A DNA stretch of 14,943 nucleotides from Promethearchaeia archaeon (GTDB taxonomy: Archaea > Asgardarchaeota > Lokiarchaeia > Sigyniarchaeales > SOKP01), in the NCBI GenBank assembly GCA_046497275.1, contig JAWOFX010000020.1, forward strand, positions 1 to 14,943, read 5' to 3'. The notes beneath the pieces were generated by a model. It saw only the letters and a list, made by a program, of their open reading frames with translations. It was not told the DNA's origin and did no database searches. Positions 7,825-14,242 of the stretch are shown here, one piece after another. The position numbers and the translations under genes were made by a program. The stretch's first letter is position 1. The number at the start of each line of letters is the position of its first letter.

Positions 7825-10461
7825 ATGGAGAAGTGCGAAACTAACAGTGATCGCAATGCCCGATCAAACATCTCAAAGCAAGGTGATTTTATTTCTGATG
7901 TGGAATTTTATGTAAATGATCAAGCTTACAAGGACAATTTCTTACTTAAAAACAATATGAAGCAGACTTTTAAAACCGATATTGTGTTAGGGTTGGATGC
8001 GATAAATAAAATCTTGATGAGAAATTATGGGGTCCCTTTTTATCCTTTATTTGAGAAAATTGTACAAGAAAAAATTAATGATTCCCGATTATTATTGCCA
8101 AATTTAAATGAAGAGAAGAAAAAGAATTCATCTGATGATATTTCGAAGAATTCCAATGTAGGAATCCCTAAAGATCATATCAACCCAAATTCTATTGATA
8201 ATAAGCAGCCTACTTCGAGATCTTTTGTAATAAAACAGAAGCGCATTGAGGAAATGGAATCGATGGTAGGAGAAAAGGGTCGTTATTCCACTGAATCGAT
8301 ACGGATTTCTCGGGCTAAATTAGATTTAAAAGAGTTGGATCGTCTTGCCAACCGCTCTCGTGCACTTGCGAATGATACTTTGTATTTATTGCGGCAATAT
8401 TACTTTTATAATAATACGAAAGATCCTGTGAAGAAAAACCTATATCGTAAAATCATCGAGAGCAAATTTTACAAAATCATAAAAGAATCCGAATATCCAA
8501 CTAAGAAAAAAGAGCGAGCGATAGAAATTTTGGATAATTTATTTGTCAAATTAAAGGCTTTAAAGAGTATTGTTCCAACGATAATGAAATTTATGGAATC
8601 TTACAAAGATATTGGATATTCCATATGTGCTCAGCAAATCGTTAAATCAGTCTGTGAGGCATTTATTAGTCATTTAGAATTAATAAGGAAATATTATAAG
8701 GATCTAAAAAAGTGGAATCACACCGCCGAAAATCGACGGAGACAAAAACCATTACGACCTGGTCTACCCCGCTACATCGGCAAAAAAATAAAGGGAGAGC
8801 GAAAAGGGAAATGGAAATTGATCTATACAAGACAAACACTTCAACATAGGAAGAATTTGGAAAGCCTTAAAAACGCCATCGATAACCAGCGATATACGTG
8901 TTATATGTATGTGCCACCCTCACACAATCATTTAATCCCCCCTATACGAATCAGAGCTAATATATTACGACAATTATTTGGTAATGGCGGGTTTGTGGAA
9001 ATCATACCAAAAGGAAGAAATTACTCATTTAACATCCAATATATCAAGACTCAAAGGCAACGAGTCAGAGAATATGGTCTTGATCTCAACAGATACGAGC
9101 AAAACCCTAATAGAGCGATTTCTATCGACTTCGGAGTAAACAATTTTCTCACAGTCTTTAACAACTTTGGTGCGAGATTTCCTATATTTAAAGGTTCAGC
9201 GTTAAAGCGATGGAACTATAAAATAAATCATATAATTCCCAGACTGCAGCGCAGGGTTGATGTGCTTACCGATGTGTTAGAACGATATGAAGAGAAGAAA
9301 AAAACGGGAAGATTACTTTCATTGGAATCAATTATCAATTCTCGAATTCACACCTATCACGACGAATTTGAGATATTGAAACAGATGATTCTTTATATTT
9401 TTAGAAGAATTTTTGAACTTTCCAAAATAGATAAAGCGGAATTAGACGAAAAAGATTTTTTTCTTAAATGTTTTCGTTCCAAATTTTTTTATGGAACGAT
9501 AAAAAAGACGAATTGGAACGACTTCAAAAAAATTGCTGAAAACGATGGTAAAAGAGTCTATAAAGGCATTTTCAATAAGGTCAGAAAGGTTATCTTGATG
9601 GATCTTACGCCACGTGAAAAAAATTCTCTCTTAAATAAGTATTTTCACTATTTACAGAACAAAAGAGATTATAAGGTAAGAATTCTCAGAAAGATTTTTG
9701 GGTATCCAATTCAAGATTTACGAGATTACTTAGAATCACTTGGGTTAAGGATTGATGAGTTATGGGCCAAATATAACCGAGTGAAGAGGGATACCATTAA
9801 CAAGATTGCCAAAAGGTTAATATATTATTGCCTATACTATAAAGTAGCAATGATTACTTTCGGCTATAACAAGGGGTGGCAAAAGCAGCAAAATAATACT
9901 ATTAAACTGAGAAAACTGACCAGAGTTTTATTCGTTTCACTGCCATTTAGCCAGATGTTTGAACGAATTCAACAAGAAGCAGTTTATTTTGGGATAAAAG
10001 TGGATTATATGCCCGAATGGTATACAAGCAAATGTTCATATATCGACGAAGAATCAATTGGGAGGAAAGAAGAAGGGAAATATGCTGGATTACGTAGGTT
10101 TAACAAGAACGGAGTTAAGCATAATGGGTTATTCCGCTCCAAAAACGGATATATCATTCACGGAGATATCAATGGTGCGGCAAATATCGGCAGAAAAAAA
10201 CATCCAAAATTATTTTCATTTCGTGCTATTGCCTACAATTTAGGCTTGATTTCCGATCCTCACCGACCTCTAACCAATCAAATAAAACAAAGAGTCTCTA
10301 AATTTATTACCGCCCCCCCGATCAGTTTTTCCCCCTCAAACGGACTCCCCACCAAAGAATTAAAATTTAACGATAGAGTAGGAATAAGTGAGATTAGAGC
10401 TCAAAGGTATCAAATGGGTCCAAAAGAATTTTTGGCAATGACTCAAACTACTTATGTGTAG
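7825..10461 (+). CDS. tnpB: Oversized TnpB-family RNA-guided endonuclease (IS607-type rearranged RuvC), 878 aa
   Basis: REC/WED motifs ELDRLANRSRALANDTLYLLRQ, AQQIVKSVCEAF, RPGLPRY, VEIIPKGRNY. RuvC-I ISIDFGVNN (D435), ITFGYNKGWQ (G680 at the canonical Glu site), PEWYTSKCS (E731), GLFRSKNGYIIHGDINGAANIGRK (D781). Confidence 0.9.
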   Translation: MEKCETNSDRNARSNISKQGDFISDVEFYVNDQAYKDNFLLKNNMKQTFKTDIVLGLDAINKILMRNYGVPFYPLFEKIVQEKINDSRLLLPNLNEEKKKNSSDDISKNSNVGIPKDHINPNSIDNKQPTSRSFVIKQKRIEEMESMVGEKGRYSTESIRISRAKLDLKELDRLANRSRALANDTLYLLRQYYFYNNTKDPVKKNLYRKIIESKFYKIIKESEYPTKKKERAIEILDNLFVKLKALKSIVPTIMKFMESYKDIGYSICAQQIVKSVCEAFISHLELIRKYYKDLKKWNHTAENRRRQKPLRPGLPRYIGKKIKGERKGKWKLIYTRQTLQHRKNLESLKNAIDNQRYTCYMYVPPSHNHLIPPIRIRANILRQLFGNGGFVEIIPKGRNYSFNIQYIKTQRQRVREYGLDLNRYEQNPNRAISIDFGVNNFLTVFNNFGARFPIFKGSALKRWNYKINHIIPRLQRRVDVLTDVLERYEEKKKTGRLLSLESIINSRIHTYHDEFEILKQMILYIFRRIFELSKIDKAELDEKDFFLKCFRSKFFYGTIKKTNWNDFKKIAENDGKRVYKGIFNKVRKVILMDLTPREKNSLLNKYFHYLQNKRDYKVRILRKIFGYPIQDLRDYLESLGLRIDELWAKYNRVKRDTINKIAKRLIYYCLYYKVAMITFGYNKGWQKQQNNTIKLRKLTRVLFVSLPFSQMFERIQQEAVYFGIKVDYMPEWYTSKCSYIDEESIGRKEEGKYAGLRRFNKNGVKHNGLFRSKNGYIIHGDINGAANIGRKKHPKLFSFRAIAYNLGLISDPHRPLTNQIKQRVSKFITAPPISFSPSNGLPTKELKFNDRVGISEIRAQRYQMGPKEFLAMTQTTYV

Positions 10462-10480
10462 TAGTAATAAATAATACCAA

Positions 10481-10649
10481 TTCACGAAAGTGTTGCGGTC
10501 TACAGAGATGTGCGCTCTTAAAAATGCATGAAATCTCCAAAGTTATTAAGCCTTTCCGTGAAATAAATACAGAAAAAGGAATAAATGTTTGTTATTCTGA
10601 CACGAATGTAAAATAAGTCTGTATACTGGTAAAATTTTAATTTTCAAAC
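10481..10649 (+). ncRNA. Candidate omega/reRNA (scaffold ~10481-10629 plus putative guide ~10630-10649); the 5' end may begin inside the CDS
   Basis: Stems found by eye: 10481-10490/10552-10562 (one bulge), 10505-10514/10525-10537, 10567-10573/10618-10624 (perfect 7 bp) and 10579-10584/10592-10597. Located directly 3' of tnpB, where TnpB guide RNAs are encoded. Confidence 0.55.
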
Positions 10650-10792
10650 AAAAATGAATTTTTGAACTAAATTTCCTTATTGCAAACTTAAACAGAATTT
10701 CATTTAACATTTAGTTTAACCAATTTATTGGATCTTTTTTAGAAAGTGTTATTTTTAATTATTGGATTTAAACAAAAAACTTTATTAAATTC

Positions 10793-10813
10793 TTAAATTA
10801 AAGTTAATTTAAT
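10793..10813. repeat. Inverted repeat TTAAATTAA-aag-TTAATTTAA upstream of the thiolase-like gene (possible operator)
   Basis: Perfect 9-bp arms with a 3-nt spacer, between a TATA-like TTTATTAA (10781-10788) and the ATG at 10837. The arms are AT-only. Confidence 0.3.
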
Positions 10814-10836
10814 GATTAAAAGGTAATTGAAGAAAA

Positions 10837-12258
10837 ATGATAAAATTTAGCGAGAAACAATTAAAAATTCCAAAGTTATTACGACCCGTGTACTTAGTTA
10901 CAGCTGGAATGTCTAAATTTGACAGAGCATTCCCAGAAACACGAACAGAAGAGTTATGTATAGATGCATTAACTGCAGCAGCAGATTTTGTTAATATGAC
11001 ACCAACAGAATTAAAACAATATATTCATACTGCTTACTATGGTCATTTCGCTGACCATTTCGGAGACCAACTTCTTGGAGAGGCAGTAATCCACGACAGA
11101 TTAGGATTAGATCCCTTGGGAACAATTGGTGTCAAAACTGGTGGTGCTACTGGAGGTTCTACAATGTGGGAAGCTATCAAAGCTGTCGCATCAGGGTATA
11201 GCGATTGTGCCTTGGCTTTAGGATGGGAACGTATGGATGAAGTCCCAACAGATGAGGGAAATCATTTAATCGCGTGTGCTGCTGATAAAGATTGGGAAAC
11301 TCCTTTAGGGCATATCTATACTGGCTATTATGCTGTAATGGCCCAAAGGTATTGGAAAATTTTTGGGAAAGAAGAACCATCTTTTCGAGATACTATGGCT
11401 GAGATTGCTGTGAAAAATAGAGGATATGCAAGAATGAATCCTCATGCCCATGGACCAATGGATATTAATATCGAAGATGTTAAAAATTCACCCGTCATCG
11501 CACATCCTTTAAGAGCATTAGATTGCTGCTTAATGAGTGTTGGAGCTGCTTGTGGAATTGTCTGTGATGAAAAAACTGCATATGAAATCACTGATCATCC
11601 CCTTAGAATCTATATTGGAGCTGGAAGTCACACGTTGAGAGTAGGAGATCGAAGGGATATGAAGGTACCGCTATTACCAAATGAAAAACCAGATCAATAT
11701 GATGATTTAGGGAAAGAATTCCCAGGTGGTGATCGTTATCCTGGATTTACAAGCTTCTTAGCTGCTCGAGTGGCAGCTTATTATGCTTATAATATGGCTG
11801 GAATCAATGATCCCCTAGAAGATTTAGATGTAATTGAGACGCATGACGCGTTTACGATCAGTGATATTCAAACATACGAAGATGTCGGGATTAAACCATA
11901 TGGTCATGGTCGAGAATATATCGAATCTGGTGAAGCATATCTTATAAATCCTAAGACTAATAAACCAGGTAAATTACCATCAAACCCCTCTGGAGGATTA
12001 ATTGGGTGCATGCATGCTGTTGGAGCTACGGGTTTAATGCAGATAGCAGAAATAGGCTACCATATTTGGAATAGATGGGATGAGATACACGAACCCCAAG
12101 AAAAATGGGATGCTTTTGGAAGAGAGAAACCAAAAGATTGGAGGAGTTTACAAGTCGAAAGAGCTAAAAGAGGTCTGGCAATAAGTCATGCTGGAGTAGG
12201 ATCCCATGTTACGTGTACCATTTTAATGGATCCAAATAATTTGTTAAAGGAGGATTAA
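10837..12258 (+). CDS. Thiolase-fold protein (SCP2/type-2-like) lacking the canonical nucleophilic Cys
   Basis: VYLVTAGMSKF, IAVKNRGYARMNPHA, PLRALDCCLMSVGAA, ETHDAFT, NPSGGLIGCMHAVGATG. VKTGGATGG occupies the position of the usual VENACASG. Confidence 0.85.
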   Translation: MIKFSEKQLKIPKLLRPVYLVTAGMSKFDRAFPETRTEELCIDALTAAADFVNMTPTELKQYIHTAYYGHFADHFGDQLLGEAVIHDRLGLDPLGTIGVKTGGATGGSTMWEAIKAVASGYSDCALALGWERMDEVPTDEGNHLIACAADKDWETPLGHIYTGYYAVMAQRYWKIFGKEEPSFRDTMAEIAVKNRGYARMNPHAHGPMDINIEDVKNSPVIAHPLRALDCCLMSVGAACGIVCDEKTAYEITDHPLRIYIGAGSHTLRVGDRRDMKVPLLPNEKPDQYDDLGKEFPGGDRYPGFTSFLAARVAAYYAYNMAGINDPLEDLDVIETHDAFTISDIQTYEDVGIKPYGHGREYIESGEAYLINPKTNKPGKLPSNPSGGLIGCMHAVGATGLMQIAEIGYHIWNRWDEIHEPQEKWDAFGREKPKDWRSLQVERAKRGLAISHAGVGSHVTCTILMDPNNLLKED

Positions 12259-12262
12259 AAAA

Positions 12263-12865
12263 ATGCCAAAAACAGAAGAAGAAAAAGGATTTGTTGAGAT
12301 TGTTGACGGAAATTATAAAATTAAAGGAAAATTTCATATAGTCGAAGAAAACCAACCGATTTTTGATAAAGATACTGGGAAATTAGCTGGAGTGACTAAC
12401 CCACGTGATATGACTTATATCCACTCTTATGGGGGTGAAGCACCATTTTTTGAAGGGATAACACAAGGAAAATTGCTTGCTACGAGATGTGACAATGAAA
12501 ACTGCCTTTCAAAAGGGAAAATTTTTGAACCATTTAGAATTCATTGTCCAGATTGTCTTAGAAAAAATACCATCGTAGATATCACCGATAAAGCAAAAAA
12601 TAAAGCAAAAATACATACTTTTATCATCACTCATCGTGCTGGTGCATTTAACACCTTACCAAAACCAATTAAATTCATTAATGTAGAATTTGATGAAGAA
12701 GTCGCTACCATATTAATGAGCATTTTAGCGGTCGGAGAACCAAGTATTGGAAAAAAAGTTGTGCCCATCTTTCAGACCAAAGACCCAACTTATACTATTA
12801 TGGATTTAAGATTTGTTCCTGAAGGAACTCCAGTAACTGAATTACCAGAAGGGTTTACTTTTTAG
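12263..12865 (+). CDS. DUF35-type Zn-ribbon/OB-fold protein (thiolase partner)
   Basis: FFEGITQGKLLATRCDNENC...CPDC zinc ribbon followed by an OB-fold-like segment (IHTFII...FINVEFD). Starts 4 nt after the thiolase stop, with SD AAGGAGG. Confidence 0.85.
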   Translation: MPKTEEEKGFVEIVDGNYKIKGKFHIVEENQPIFDKDTGKLAGVTNPRDMTYIHSYGGEAPFFEGITQGKLLATRCDNENCLSKGKIFEPFRIHCPDCLRKNTIVDITDKAKNKAKIHTFIITHRAGAFNTLPKPIKFINVEFDEEVATILMSILAVGEPSIGKKVVPIFQTKDPTYTIMDLRFVPEGTPVTELPEGFTF

Positions 12866-12890
12866 TAATAAAAATCTCAAAAGAAATTAA

Positions 12891-12907
12891 TTTTTTTTTA
12901 TTTTTTT
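12891..12907 (+). terminator. Oligo-T archaeal-type terminator after the thiolase/DUF35 operon
   Basis: T9-A-T7 tract 25 nt after the DUF35 stop, in a convergent intergenic region. Confidence 0.5.
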
Positions 12908-13011
12908 CAAAAAGGAATGTCTGTGATTTTGTTCTTTTTACTTTGATTAAGAGAACATTATCTTATTTTTTCTTAGAGTTTCAAAATGATGAGGAAATAT
13001 AATTTTAATAG

Positions 13012-13025
13012 AAAAAAAGAAAAAA
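13012..13025 (-). terminator. Oligo-T terminator candidate after the kce-like gene
   Basis: A7-G-A6 on the plus strand (T6-C-T7 on minus), about 25 nt past the stop. Confidence 0.4.
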
Positions 13026-13049
13026 TAAATTAATTATTTATAGATCTCT

Positions 13050-13940
13050 CTATAAGGTTACTGATGCATTTTTGATATTGAATTCTTTCCTTGCTTCTTC
13101 TCCTTGAACTACTCTTCTCCCCGATTTTTCTGCCATCTCTTTCGCCCAAGCAACTTGTTCCCAACTTCCTTTCGCTAAAACCCCATTGGGCATTCTGATA
13201 TTATCTTCTAACCCAACTCTTACATGTCCACCCCATGCAATTGCGCATAAGGCGGCTTGGAATTGCTGGTTAGAAACACCACAGACACTCCAAGTTGCAT
13301 CTTCTGGCATATCAGCTAGCATATGAGCGAAATTCATTGGTGTAAAGGGAATTCCGCCACAGACACCAAATACGCATTGAAAATGGAGAGGTTGGTCGAA
13401 CATTCCCTCTTGTTTGTTTAAAAGAAGCATATTATATAATCCTCCCATATCGTAAATTTCCATTTCCGGTTTAGTGCCAGCTTTTTGAAAATAACTTGCA
13501 AATCTCTGAATTGTTTTAAATGTATTGGTAAACACATTATCGGCAGCCATTACAACTTCTCCTGTTTTCCAATTTGCGACGGAAAAATTCATCGAATTTG
13601 TATTTAATGACCCTAAGGGAGGTTTAAAAGTTCGTACAGGTTTAATTCTATCCCTATCAGTAGCATTTATGCTAATCGCAGTGCTTAAATTAATCATAAT
13701 ATCTGGGGCTTTACTCTTAATATTTTCTAATGTTGCCCTGATTATATCTAAGTCTGGGGTTGGAAGCCCTTGTTCATCTCGTGCGTGAATATGGACTATT
13801 GCCGCTCCAGCATCATAACATTTTTTAGCTTCATCGCCAAACTCTTCTGGACTATATGGAACTGCTTCATTCTGATTCTTTCGGGTAACTGCTCCAGCTA
13901 ATGCTGCTGATATTACTAAATTATCTGTTCTATGGACCAT
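13050..13940 (-). CDS. kce: Beta-keto acid cleavage enzyme (BKACE/DUF849, 3-keto-5-aminohexanoate cleavage enzyme family)
   Basis: ISAALAGA, VPYSPEE, GAAIVHIHARD (Zn-binding HxH), KPEMEIYD, GGHVRVGLEDN. The symbol denotes the family; substrate unknown. Confidence 0.88.
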   Translation of the reverse strand: MVHRTDNLVISAALAGAVTRKNQNEAVPYSPEEFGDEAKKCYDAGAAIVHIHARDEQGLPTPDLDIIRATLENIKSKAPDIMINLSTAISINATDRDRIKPVRTFKPPLGSLNTNSMNFSVANWKTGEVVMAADNVFTNTFKTIQRFASYFQKAGTKPEMEIYDMGGLYNMLLLNKQEGMFDQPLHFQCVFGVCGGIPFTPMNFAHMLADMPEDATWSVCGVSNQQFQAALCAIAWGGHVRVGLEDNIRMPNGVLAKGSWEQVAWAKEMAEKSGRRVVQGEEARKEFNIKNASVTL

Positions 13941-14103
13941 TTCATCTCACTTTTTTAAATTTTTGGATTCACAATAAATTGAATAATTTATATTTGTTGT
14001 GAAATTGCTAAATAAAATATTAATTTTCAAATTATTTAAATGTTAAATCACTTTGAGCCTAAAATTTCAATTTTTTTATTCAATGACGTAAGACCTTATG
14101 GAT

Positions 14104-14140
14104 TTTGATATGATTTTTCAAATTTGAAAAAACTATCAAA
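14104..14140. repeat. Imperfect 37-bp palindrome with a perfect 18-bp core TTTTTCAAATTTGAAAAA (14114-14131)
   Basis: Read directly from the sequence. Outer arms TTTGATA (14104-14110) and TATCAAA (14134-14140). Intergenic between the ligase and kce. Confidence 0.6.
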
Positions 14141-14242
14141 TTATGCTGAAAAACAAGAAAAATTAATTATAGATTGTAAGTCAATCAAATAAATTATAGA
14201 AAAAAAATAGTGTAAAAAAATAATTAAATTAGAAATTAAATT

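Larger units (their letters stand above)
7640..10629 (+). mobile_element. Putative non-autonomous IS607-like tnpB-only element (ends tentative)
   Basis: Contains only a tnpB-family ORF plus a structured 3' region, inserted in the divergent intergenic region between host genes. Candidate GG junctions with a shared TGGT at 7639-7642 and 10627-10630. No tnpA in the window. Confidence 0.5.

Noticed and set aside
10058-10243. 61-aa same-strand alternative-frame ORF inside tnpB
   Set aside because: Overlaps the conserved RuvC-III coding region and is short, with no independent support.
7825-10461. Nuclease-dead TnpB (TldR-like repressor), because the canonical RuvC-II Glu is Gly
   Set aside because: The relocated Glu (E731) and both Asp residues (D435, D781) are present, matching active rearranged-site TnpBs.
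7650-10647. IS200/IS605-type ends (TTGAT at 7650-7654, TTCAA at 10643-10647, as in ISDra2)
   Set aside because: These pentamers are common in AT-rich DNA, there are no strong subterminal hairpins, and the protein motifs match the IS607-associated type better.
7366-10836. CRISPR array or cas genes accompanying the large RuvC protein (a type V call)
   Set aside because: No regularly spaced 25-40 bp direct repeats in either flank and no cas1/cas2/cas4 in the window. An array elsewhere in the genome cannot be excluded.
11177-11380. 67-aa minus-strand ORF
   Set aside because: Antisense inside the thiolase-like gene.
13525-13788. 87-aa plus-strand ORF
   Set aside because: Antisense inside kce.
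10702-14048. Shared 12-mer ATTTAACATTTA upstream of the thiolase (10702-10713) and kce (14037-14048, minus)
   Set aside because: A match of this length between two very AT-rich intergenic regions is plausible by chance.
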